Positions 22,678 through 33,529 of a stretch of 48,310 bases of DNA are shown here, piece by piece. The position numbers and the translations under genes were made by a program. Source of the DNA: Spirogloea muscicola (lineage: Eukaryota); NCBI GenBank assembly GCA_009602725.1, contig WELB01000009.1:464466-512775 (forward strand), written 5' to 3'. Under the pieces are notes generated by a model. That model was not told the origin of the DNA. It saw only the letters and a list, made by a program, of their open reading frames with translations, and did no database searches. Within the stretch, counting starts at the first letter, position 1; each line of letters starts with the position of its first letter.

Positions 22678-25600
22678 ATGGCCGTCGCGGCTGCGGCGCC
22701 GGCCCAGGCGGNNNNNNNNNNNNNNNNNNNNNNNNNNNNNNNNNNNNNNNNNNNNNNNNNNNNNNNNNNNNNNNNNNNNNNNNNNNNNNNNNNNNNNNNN
22801 NNNNNNNNNNNNNNNNNNNNNNNNNNNNNNNNNNNNNNNNNNNNNNNNNNNNNNNNNNNNNNNNNNNNNNNNNNNNNNNNNNNNNNNNNNNNNNNNNNNN
22901 NNNNNNNNNNNNNNNNNNNNNNNNNNNNNNNNNNNNNNNNNNNNNNNNNNNNNNNNNNNNNNNNNNNNNNNNNNNNNNNNNNNNNNNNNNNNNNNNNNNN
23001 NNNNNNNNNNNNNNNNNNNNNNNNNNNNNNNNNNNGGCGGCGGGTCGGGAGGAAGGGGGCCGCGGCCCTGGCTTCGCCGTCGCCCCGCGGCGGCAGTGGC
23101 GGCGACGGTGGCCCTGCGTCCGCACGCGATGCCGGCCTCGTCCTCCGCGGCGCGCTGCTGCGGGCGCGGTGCTTCCAGCAGCTGCAGCAGCCCATCGGTG
23201 CGCTGCCGCTGTGCCGCCGCCGCCATGGCCAAGGCGGTCGTGCTCACTGCATGCCACGACACCCGGCAAGTCGCTCTCTCTCATGGAGTCGTCGCAGGCT
23301 GCTCCTGCTTGACGTGGCGAGCGCTTGCATCCCGACAGTGTGCGTTTCCGAAGCTCACGCATCGCTCACGGTCTTCATCGCCGTCCGATGACTTCAAGGC
23401 AGAGGCGGCGAAGCATTGCCAGGCGCTGTTGAACGCCATCCACGCCGTCTTCCCGGGAGGTGCAGTCCCCCCAGGCCCAACGACCGGTGCGATTGCCCAG
23501 GTGGCGCGCGAAGCGACCAGCCTCCTGCCGCGGCTGCACAAGCAGGCCGGAGACGTGCGGGCCGCCATTGCAGCCTACCGGAGCTCAGTGTCCAACCCGC
23601 TGCTGGCGGCCTCGGATGAGCTGCTGGAGCTGCAGAAGGAGCTGGCGCTGCTGCTCCTGTACGCCGGCAGGGACGGGGACGGCGCGCCTTCGACGGCATG
23701 GCGCGGTCATGAAGAGCCGCAGATGGGGAGTGACGCCGGGGAAGCTGTGCTCCTGCTCCAGGCCCTGCAGAAGCGGCGGTGGTCCGAGGAGGTCTTGGAG
23801 CACCTCACGCTGGCGTTCGCCGTCGGCGGCGACCTGGAGGGCGCCGCTCGGCAGTATGAGGCGGTGCCGCCGGGCATCATCAGCCGCGCAGACCAGTGGT
23901 ACAGCCTGGCGGTCGCCAAGGACGCGGTGGGAGACAGCGGCTTTGCTATCGACCTCCTGCGCATGGTCCTCGGCAAGGATGAGCGCCCGCACGACGTCCC
24001 AGCGCTCCTCCTTGCGGCGAGGATCTGCAGCCGCCGTGACGAGCTCGCCGAGGAGGGCATGGGGTATGCCCAGAGGGCAACCGAGCATGCAGTTGGCAAG
24101 TGGGCGAGCCTTGCTGGAAAGGCTCACCACGTGGCTGGCGTCTGCGCTGGACGGTGTGCGCGGTTGCAGGAGCTGGACGCGGCGCGTGCCGAGCTGCGTG
24201 CGCAATCAATCGGCAGCCTCCAGCGGGCGTGGACGTTGGAGAAGGCAGTGGTGTTGGAAGGCAAGTCGAAGGTACGAGACGGCGAAGCAGGGGACGGAGC
24301 CGTGGCGCTCGACCTCGGACTCCAGCTGGCGGAGATGCGGGAACTTGCACCGGCCCTGCGCTGGGCCAGGCGGGCCCTCGTAGATGGTCAATCATGTGAC
24401 GCACGGGCGTGGCAACTGCTCGGGCTGATCCTGTGTGCACAGCGCCGGCATGAGGACGCGCTCGAAGCCTGCAATGTTGGCCTTCAGGAGCTTGCGCCTG
24501 GCGCCAGCAGGGTAAGGTCCTGCTCAGCTGCCATAGGGTACTTGGTCTGGTTCTAGGCGTCCAGCTTTGAGCTTACGGTTTGGGGCTTGATGTTAGAACC
24601 AGGATATTTAGATTGTACCCAGACTTGCTCTAACACCAAGAGCAAGTGAAAGCTTCAAAAGCATGCAGGGTGAGGACATCAGGGCTGAAAGTCAAGGATC
24701 AGGATTTTATTCCTTGACTGCAAGCTTGGTCCAGCTATACCGCGGGCACTTGAATGTATGCACATCCTTATTTTGCGTCTTTTTTGTATACAGGTTGCGC
24801 TACTTCACACCAAATGCAGGGTTCAAATGGCGAGCGGATCTCCTCTATTAGCTCTGGAGACGATCAAGACCTGCCTGCAAATTGCTGGAGAAGCGGTGCG
24901 AACGTGAAACGCGTGGTGCAATGCCTTTGGATATCGAATTTGTGCATGTGGGATGTACAGGGTGTGTAGAATTTCCAAAATTATGTTGCTTGGGTCATAC
25001 TGTTTGGTGATGTACGGTTGACACAACAGGACTTCCATGTTGAGGGGCTTAGCTTGCTGCCAAGTCCAGCAGAGCCGAGCCATTTAGCATCTCTTGTTGC
25101 TGGCATAGGCAGCTACAAACACATGGCTTACTGCATGTCCTGTGGATGGATCTAACAGGTGGAGGAGGTTTGGGAGGATCTGGCCGAGGCCTACATCAAG
25201 CTGAAGCAATGGCAAGATGCTGCCATATGTGCTGAAAGGGCACGGGCTATCAAGCCAAGTTCTGCAGCTGCATGGCTAGTGTCAGGTGAGGCAATACACT
25301 ATTGGGTCGCAGACTGGGCCGTCTCAATGTTGTTGTACCTAAGCATTCACTTGCAAGTTGCTTGATGAATGTTGTGCAGTGCTGGCCTATCTAGCGAGCT
25401 TCTAGCAACTGTTATCCCTCTCTTTGACAGCCTCTGGTCGGTCGAGGTTGGTCGCTGCTCTCCTGGATCTTACACCAAGGACAAGTTGGATCCACCAGAG
25501 CACACTGTGACTACGTTGGGTATCTTGGCTGGATTGCGAGCATACTCATGCAGGTAGCTGTTTAAGTGCTTGTAGCAGGTGTTGTCCTGGAGGGTCAAGG

Positions 25601-25910
25601 GGACAACGAAGGCGCTTGGAGGGCGTATGAGACGGCCATCACCCTCGCTCCGAATCACAGTCCCACCCTTGTCTGGGCCAGCAGGATGCAGGCCCGCCTG
25701 AAGCACCCGGCGCTGGCGAGGACCCTTGTAGATGATGCCCTTCGTGCCGATCCTGAAGACCACCTGGCTTGGCAGCAGCTAGAGGAGCTGCACAGGGAGG
25801 CCTGCAGAGGGGGGGAGGCTGATGAGGCCTCCGCCAACGCCCGCAAGTATGAACAGACGGCGCCGGCTCTTCCTTTCTGGAGCATTCCAAGGGCTGCTTC
25901 TGATGCCTGA
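22678..25910 (+). CDS. NPG1/NPGR-like (TTC7-related) tetratricopeptide-repeat protein; 5' part interrupted by an assembly gap
   Basis: Long exon to 24511 (LALLLLYAG...EAVLLL...VLEHLTLAFA...YEAVPPGIISRADQWYSLA...AWQLLGLILCAQRRHEDAL), then exons 24794-24895, 25159-25285 (VWEDLAEAYIKLKQWQDAAICAERAR) and 25579-25910 (ARTLVDDALRADPEDHLAW...EQTAPALPF). The ATG at 22678 (gccgccATGG) is a guess across the gap. Confidence 0.8.
22712..23035. other. Assembly gap (324 N)
   Basis: Run of N flanked by GCC-rich sequence. Confidence 1.
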
Positions 25911-26214
25911 TTTAACTGCAGCCCTATTAAGCCAGAACTTTGCAGCCTTTATGCTGGTACATCTCCGTCCTAACGGCTCATAGTGAGCAAATACTCAACC
26001 CGAGTCCTATTTCAGGCCATAAATTGCAACCCCTATTTATAAGGGGGCTGTGCTTTCAGGCCTATAACCTCAATAATTATCTGGGTTTTTGGGTTTAAGA
26101 TTGGGCAGCCCTCTCATGCAAGGTCTGTGCTGCTTCCTTGGCGAGACGATCCCTTCGAACAGTCATGGAGAGCAAGCAACGGCCAAGCAGCAAAGTCAGC
26201 TTGTGTGATTGTGT

Positions 26215-26345
26215 GCTTGTGCTGGCCTTCCACAGCCACTGCCCTTCATTGAAGAGCTGTTGGGTTCCGTTCATTCTTTTATCTCGGCCGGCTTCTCACA
26301 GCCACCGCCTTCTCCTGGAAGCGTCTTTTTTCTTTCTTCTTTCTT
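26215..26345 (+). repeat. Family B fragments upstream of TMEM18
   Basis: GCTGGCCTTCCACAGCCACTGCC and GTTCATTCTTTTATCTCGGCCGGCTTCTCACAGCCACCGCCTTCTCCTGGAAG; the latter matches 37180-37212 on the minus strand. Confidence 0.6.
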
Positions 26346-26743
26346 TCTTGGCTTCTCCCCTGTTTCTGTGTCACTTGGCTGCTGTCCGAAGCCGCAGTAG
26401 CTCCTCGCAGGTCGCCACGAGCTCTGCGACGCACTCAGCGCACTGGCGCGCTTCGGCTCTGCCCGCCTCGTCTCCTGCTGCGGCGGCAGCACTCGAGCCT
26501 GCACGAGGCGCAGCTGGGCGAGTGGCGTGGGGGTCTGCGAGAGCCCACACCGCCGCAGCCGGCGCGAGCCCGGCGACCAGCCGGCGACAGAGCGGGCCGG
26601 GCAGCGCCAGTGGGACTTGGGTCGTCGGCGCCGTCGCGGCGGCTCTGCGGCCGCACCAAGGAGGCTCGCGGAGGCGGCGCTGAGGTGCCGCCGTAGTGCG
26701 CTCGGCCGGGAGGCACCGGGCAGGGCCAGGCAGGGCCGGGGCG

Positions 26744-27895
26744 ATGGACGAGCTTGCGGCGATGGTGGAGTCGGCGACGGAGGAGATCCGGCGCACGCTG
26801 AAGCAGATGAACGAGGGCGCCGGCGGCGCAGACGGCCTCTTCACGCAGGCCTCCGCCTTCGTCAGGGCGGTCGACTGGACGGTGCGGCGCCTGAGCTAGG
26901 GGCCCTGGCATGCAGCGCTGCCACTGCAGGCCCTGAGCTGCCAGATCATGCGCCATTGCGCCTTCGCGCCAGAGCTGCATGTCTGCCCACTTCGCACGAG
27001 CCTTGCTCTTCGTACTCGCAGTCGTACTTGGGGTGGGCTGTGGGGGCTCGTCCAATGAGCCGCACATGAGTTGGTCGGATGCATGACAGACTACAGGCCC
27101 ACAGTACCAGAGGAGGAAGGCATCAACGATGTGCCAGCCACTAGCAACCCAGTCTGCACTGCCGTTGCGCTGCTCCCGCAACTCTCTTGCCTCGAGTCCC
27201 CTTTAGTGAAGGAACTGCTCACTGAGCAGGTGGCTGCCGGCGCGTGCTTGCAGGAGCCGTGGCTGCTCGGGCTGATTGCCTGCCACATCATCCTCATCCT
27301 GCTGGTTATCACCACTTGGAGACGAATAAATGTGCAGGCTGCAATTTTCCTCTTTGCTTGTGAGTACCCAGTGGCCCTCGCTTGCTGACCCATGGAATAT
27401 CACTGGTAACATTTAGCGGACTTGGATGCACATGCAACTCTTTCAGTCACCCCTCCGCGCTACTCTCATGTCAGGAATGCTTCGATTTAATCAACTGAAT
27501 CTGCTCTTTGTGTGCAACTCACAGGCGCGTCCGTGTATGGCGCTGAGCGAATGAACAGGCTCCTGGGCCGGTACTGGAAGAAGTTTGCCACTCAGCAGTA
27601 TTTTGACAGACAAGGCATCTTCATCTCAACAGTGCTGTCGGGTCCCATGCTCATAATCGCCACAATTATCTTGGTAAGCTCAAGTTGGCCTATCTTGCCC
27701 GCATATCTTTGTGAGATTGACGCCAAGAGCTCCGTCCTTTCCAGGCGGCTAGCAGGTCTGATTTACACATGCTACGCTCTCACTACAATATACTTGTCGC
27801 AGGTGAACTTGTTAAGAAACGTGGTCGACTTGATGGTGAGGTGGAAGCGAGCTCAGCTTCGGCATCGAGCCGCCCTCGCAAGGAAGGAAGAATAG
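26744..27895 (+). CDS. TMEM18: Transmembrane protein 18
   Basis: Exons 26744-26881, 27254-27359, 27525-27673 and 27803-27895: FVRAVDWT|EPWLLGLIACH...VYGAERMNRLLGRYWKKFATQQYFDRQGIFISTVLSGP...MVRWKRAQLRHRA. Confidence 0.95.
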
Positions 27896-27992
27896 GATGG
27901 TTCACTTTGCTTTCAAACTGTTGCAACTTTGGCAGCCTCGACAAGGGCTTGCCTGTTGCAGGCTGCTCGAAGCAGTGGGCCGCTTGGCCACG

Positions 27993-30331
27993 TCAATGTA
28001 CCACACGGTCACTCTCATGCTTGAGCACAAGCGCTGCTAGCATTGCAATGGCTGCAGTCTCAACCCTGAGCCTCCTCGGGCCGAGGCCGACAGGCAGAGC
28101 TCCCTTGCTGAGCAGCATGCTTACTTCCTTCTCCGTGAAGTCTGAGGCAAAGGCACTTTCAGGTGGCTCACTCAAGGCACGAATTTGAGCAGCAACACTG
28201 TGACAAGCAACTCTTTCAATGCGCAGGCAAGCTTCGCTTCCATTTTGAGGGGTCAGCATTCACTGTGGGCAAGTACAGTCTAAAGCCTCAAATACGCGAC
28301 ATCGATCCTTCCTGCTGACGACCCTGTAGCATTACGACTGAGCTTGGCCAGAGAGCAATGAAGCGAGGCAATCTGTACGTTATAAGGTTTTGGTCTTCAT
28401 CAGGCAGATGTGGGCTTAGCATCTGAAGCTTACCTCCTTCAGGTCCAATGAGAAGCAAGCCGCCACTCAAGACTGCCTCTCTTGAGACTTGCGACAGCAG
28501 AGGCTTCGCCTCAGCCGTGGCAAGCAATGTCGGATTAGCATGCCCGACCTGCGAGACAGAATATGCTCTGATTAGCAGAGAATTTGCCCCCAGCTGAGCT
28601 GAGCGGAATGTAAGCAATACATCCAATCTGCAGGGTGACAGACATTCGACGGTGACATTCTTTCAGAAAGTTGCGGCGGGCTAGCCAGGGCTGACTCGCC
28701 TGTACCTGCTCCATGAGGTCCTCCAGAAGTACGGGCTCGGAGATCTCAAGGCCATGCAGTCTCTGACCTGCCCAGCGCGCATGGTGTGACGAGGAGGCAC
28801 AAAAAGAGGAGAACACCATTGGCAAAGAATTGGCAAGCGCAGCCAGATGAGATCAAGAGTGTCGTCAGCGCACATTGCTTAGCAGCCGCTAGCGCCACCC
28901 GCTGCCACCGGTCGATGCGGCTCTCCGCGGCCCGCGGGGAGCGCTCTGTCAGCAGCGGAACGAGTGCAGCGGCCCCCAGCTCCTGCCAGGAGATTAGCAA
29001 CCCCAGCAGCTGCCATGGTGTGCTAAGCGGGCTGGAAGCAACTGCTCCTACAGGCATGACAAGCAGAGCAAGAAGGAATTGCATGAATCACACACTTGAA
29101 GATTGAATTCTGTATCGTAGACCGAGTAGGACTTGTGATGTTGCCACCGCAGGAGCAAGCAGCGGGTCTCACCGTGCACTTCTCCACCAGCCAGTCTGCT
29201 CGGCCGCCCTTCAGCGTACCTGTCGGTGCTGGTCCGCATCGTCAGTCGTAGCGACGGTTGCATGGCTGGGATGTGCCTAAATGACATTCCCAGACTTGCT
29301 CAAAACGGACAGAGGTTCAGTCAATGTGGATGAGGCAAAGAGAAAGGCACTTTGTGCCGCATACCACATGCAACTCCCACAGACCATTTCGGCCCGGCCC
29401 AGGGGACCGTTACGGGGGAGCCGATGGCTGCCAGCTCGGCCGTCGTCTTGTCCATCGACAGTATCTCGGCCTCCACAAGGGCGCCGCGGGCATCAAACAG
29501 CTCCACCCTGCACGCAGGCCAGAGGACACGCTTGCTCACAGGGCCTTTCATTCAACTTGTGAAGGAGATAGGCATGTGCTGAGCTTGCCAGACGCTCGAG
29601 ATGCAAGGCTGCACGCCACCGAAGCGGTCTTCCAGTGTACTGCAGCTTCTCAGCACAGGATGGGCAGTGAAAGAATGGCAGCAGGGTTAGCCGCAATGGG
29701 CTTATATGGTAAGTCAGACATTAGCAAGAGAACCTCAGATCTTTGTGGTCTGGATGCTGAGACGTGAGCTCATCCGCACGATCAAGATGGGCATTCTCTG
29801 AGGCCGAGCGAGCGTGGAGAGATTCAATGTACTGTTCGTGGGGCTGGAGTTTAGGTGTTTGAGACCGCAGGGGTTTGGGATTCGGGGTCAGCCAGCGCAG
29901 CGCGCAGCAGCAGCGGCGGCGGCGGCGCAGAGCGTGGCCCACCTGTCGCCGACGGCCAGCCGCAGCGCCCTGGCCATGTGCCACAGCTCGCCGCCGCCCA
30001 CCGCTACCACGCCGCCCTGCGCGGGCGGGGATTGTAGCGCAGGCGGGAGGAGCCTGTTCAGAGGCCGACTCAAGAGAAGCCATCCCGCCATCGGCGACGG
30101 CGGCCAAGGTGCGGCGCGACGGACCCCGGAGGACGGCAGGTCTGCGGCGAAGAAGCGGGGCAGGCCGCCGCGCGCGGCGTCCGGGGCCGCCGCCGCCGCC
30201 GCTCCTCGGTCGCGCTGGAAGCGGCAGAGCGGGCAGCTGCCGGTGGCGCCCGTGGCGGGCAGGTCCAGCAGCGTGCCGCAACGCGGGCAGAAGAGGTGCG
30301 CGTGGCCCGCCCCGGCGCGCGGGCCGGCCAT
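27993..30331 (-). CDS. rsmE: 16S rRNA m3U1498 methyltransferase RsmE (organellar type) with an atypical N-terminal CxxC..CxxC zinc ribbon
   Basis: Exons 30331-30125, 30016-29943, 29507-29365, 29219-29173, 28982-28874, 28767-28706, 28548-28434 and 28141-27993 give RGGLPRFF...LWHMARALRL...VELFD...LKGGRADWLVEKCTELG...AAAKQCQR...IGPEGDFT...LGPRRLRVETAA (SPOUT motifs). Confidence 0.93.
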
Positions 30332-30624
30332 GGCACGCCGCGGAGGCTGAAGTGGCTGAAGCTGTGTCCCCGAGGAGGCAATGGGTGGGGGTCTGGCGCT
30401 GGGGGCTTAAACCCCGAAGTCGAAGTACAGAGGAATGCGGTTGCTAATTAAACAAAACTCTNCCGCCGCCGCCGCCGCTCCCGCCGCCGCCAGGAGAGCC
30501 GGCCTTCGCCTGCGAGGCCAGGTCCTCTGCGAAGCTCGCGGCGCCGGAGCAGAGCCCGGGGTGTCGTCGTCCTTCTCGCCCTCGGCGGGCGCGCGCTCGA
30601 GAGGGACCAGCGCCGCCGGCGGCC

Positions 30625-32068
30625 ATGGCGGGCCGCAGCGCGCGGGGCGGAGGTGACGCCCTCCCCACCCCGCCAGTGGCGAGGCCATCGCCGGCAGCAG
30701 CGGCGGCGGCGGCGGTGGCGGCGGCGGCGCCACCTCACGCCGCTCACGCTGCCTGCCGGCCCTCCAGGTCTGGCCGATGTCGTGTGCGAGTTCCTGGAGG
30801 TGGCGGTGCACCAGATCCTCTGCGTCCGCGGCGTCTACCCGGCCGGTGAGCGCGCCGCGGCGAGCTCCAGGGTTCGGGGTTTAAGGGCCAGGGTCCCCTC
30901 GCCCGCCCCGGCCGCTGACGGCGGTGGCGGCCGCCGCCGTGGCCAGCCCCCGCGCAGAGGTGTTCGAGCGGCGGCGGCACTACGGCGTGCCCGTCCACTG
31001 GGCGCGCCACCCGGACCTCGAGGAGTACGTCCGCTCGGTCGCCGCCAGCCTGCGCGACTGGATCGAGCAGGTACTCGAGTGCCTCCCCACTCACTGCCAC
31101 AGGCCGGTGGCGGAGACTGGGCGCATCCACAGTCGCTGCTTACAGGACCAAGCCGCGCAGAAGCAGCGGCGGCCCACACTTACGTTGACTACCACAGCCC
31201 ATGCTGTCCATGACGTACTAGGCTTCTCATTGATAGAGGAGTGTATTGCTTCTATGACGTCATAAGTGCTTCTTGAAGTATTTTCGGGGAATCTCAGAGC
31301 TTCTGAAGTGAAGGTACAAGCTTGTCTCTGAAGAACTTGCTGTCTGTGTGGCTCTGGAGTATCATGACATTGATCTTCATGACTGCTTGAGCGACCTCAA
31401 AGCCTGCCGCTCCATCTCGTTGAGCAGGGGACTGTGGAGAAGGTCGCTCTCGTGATCCATCACGGGAGTGCCCGCGTCGCACTAGAGCGCCATGTCGTCA
31501 GCCTGCAGCTGGATGCAGCCACACCTGGCGGCTCCATCCCCGACCCCTGGGAGCTGGAGCCCGCGCTGAGGGCCTTCCTCCTGAAGCTGGCCGTTCTTGA
31601 CGCCCCGCTGAGACCGTTGCCACCAGGTACACCGAGCGGCAGAAAGTGATCCCCACCACAACGTGGATAGTCTGTGTTCCAACAACCTGAATGTCCACTA
31701 GGAACTTCGACCAGCAACACCATAATTAGATGCCCTCGTGGCACTTACGCACGCGCATTATTGCGCCCAAGGCCTGACTGCTGTGTGTATACTCTGATCC
31801 AACAAAACTGACTTCACTCTCTGCTGAGATTGGCTGCGGCTTGTGTGTTGCAGACTGCTCCTTTGAGGTCATTGCTTACACCAAGAAGCTGCCCGATGGG
31901 GTTGGCGGTGCGGGCTCGGACGTGGTCTGGATTCCTGCTGAGGGTGGGGAGCTCAGCGACCTGCAAGTCCTTCCTGTCAAGTCGCTCAGGAGCGGCATTC
32001 TCAACATGCAGATGTACGTCGAGCAGCCAAGGAGCGGCACAAATGCCCAGGCCGACTTTGGGACCTGA
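30625..32068 (+). CDS. REV7: DNA polymerase zeta processivity subunit REV7/MAD2L2 (HORMA domain)
   Basis: Exons 30625-30652, 30768-30845, 30958-31070, 31428-31626 and 31854-32068: VCEFLEVAVHQILCVRGVYPAEVFERRRHYGVPVHWARHPDLEEYV...LRAFLLKL...DCSFEV...LPVKS...MQMYVE. Confidence 0.93.
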
Positions 32069-32148
32069 TGGTACGCCTACTGTGTCAAATGGACGGTATA
32101 TGCCATATAGCCTGATGTGTTCCTTACATGGTCCCGTTGTATCCACCC

Positions 32149-32602
32149 TCATACCAGCACTTGATCACACAGCAATGATACTGCAAATGAGTTGCATAAG
32201 CAAGTGTCTTCTTTGCTGATGGATGCAGTAAATACACCCATGTCCACAGGAAACTGCACAAGCCCGTTACTGCAGATACAACTTTCATCATACGAGCCAC
32301 TTCTTCTGTGACAGTAGCAGTGGCATGCATACCTCACTGCCTTTGTTTAATGTCAGTAAGAAAGCGACCTTGTATCTTCAAAGTAGGACCTAGATAGAGT
32401 AAGTCTAGTGGATGGAAGGGATGACCTGTTCGTTCTCCAGGTTTGCTGTAGGACAGAAGCATGGTGCTGCGGCACCATTCACAATAGTTGCACAGGACAC
32501 CAGTAGTTGTACACCAGGATCAGTGGATGTTGGACATGGGAGAGTAGCTTCAACCCCTGTGCAAATAACAATCGACAGCAGCAACAATTTGACCATATTC
32601 AT
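32149..32602 (-). CDS. Candidate small secreted cysteine-rich protein (two exons), unknown family
   Basis: Exon 32602-32426 MNMVKLLLLSIVICTGVEA-TLPCP...CATIVNGAAAPCFCP...EQ; 85-nt GT..AG intron with a TACTGAC branch-like site; exon 32340-32149 AVRYACHCYCH...CIC...CLC...LCDQVLV*. The model needs a weak AAG acceptor. Confidence 0.4.
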
Positions 32603-33040
32603 GGGCTGTGTGAAAATCGGATGAGGAGTTTGATCTCGAGGAGCAAGAAGACGTGTAGTAGTAGCTAGAGTGCTTGAGTTGTTGTAGAGAGGCCTTGGCT
32701 TGTGTTGATGTTCGATAGAAATGCATGTCCTCATTCAGTGGAGTAGCGGATTAGCCAGCCATGCCCACCTTCGATGGGGTATGAGCTGCCAAAAAGTCGA
32801 CACCCGCTTGCTGGGCGCCGAGTGCAGACGGGCCGTGTGTATCACTGTGTGGCCAATGGAAGGCTACGAGAAGTGAGATCAAGTCATACATTGAGACTGT
32901 TTGGAGAGCACGAGGCGTGTTTCTACATTATGGAGTGGCGTTGGCTTTGAGTGGCTCCTCTATGGGGCATATCTTAACACATAAATAAATCTGTGCATAT
33001 ATGTACACACACATGTATCTTTATTTGTCGATCTCGACAA

Positions 33041-33455
33041 TCCTATTGATTTGGCTGCTCCTGATGTTGCTCCTGTCAATGTCATTCAGCAGCCTCGGCT
33101 TTTTGCCTCCTCCACGCAGAGTCCTCAACTGGGCGTTTGCCCTCCTCCGGAGGACTAGCAGACTGCTCTCGTCTTGGCGGTCCAAACGCAGATCCGCTTA
33201 TGGCGGCACACAGATACGACACTGAATCACACACCGCAAGGCTCCGCCCTCACTCAGGGGTTAGACACACTGTCACACAGCTAGCACAAGGCTCCGCCCT
33301 CGGTGGGTGGCAGCCATAGCTAGGGCGCACTGGAGCAGCAGCGCAGTAGCCTCAGATTCAGAATCTGCAATCAAGCCCCATGTGCCGGGCCACGCCTTTG
33401 TATAGGGAGGGCTACCACGGTTCGATAGGCTGAGTCAGATGGTTGCCCAGCCCAG
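33041..33455 (-). mobile_element. Second, diverged and truncated copy of the copia leader and gag start
   Basis: Collinear with 35340-35745 (shared GGTGGCAGCCATAGCTAGGGCGC, GCTCCGCCCTCACTCAG, CGCAGATCCGCT, GGCTGAGTCAGA). The gag ATG is ATA in this copy. Confidence 0.75.
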
Positions 33456-33529
33456 GTCACCAATTATCACGGATTATACACTTGATATCGGAGACCAGCC
33501 ACACCGTTGTATTGTACATATATCAAACT

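Noticed and set aside
22573..23391. Long ORFs spanning the N gap, including minus-strand MGCCSC...
   Set aside because: Their length is an artefact of X translation across the gap, and they overlap the TPR gene.
29640..29840. Possible RPA12 C-terminal remnants in an RsmE intron (LHARSASE, RADELT, FFHCPSC)
   Set aside because: No intact QxRSADE motif, no first CxxC pair, and the pieces are in different frames; compatible with chance.
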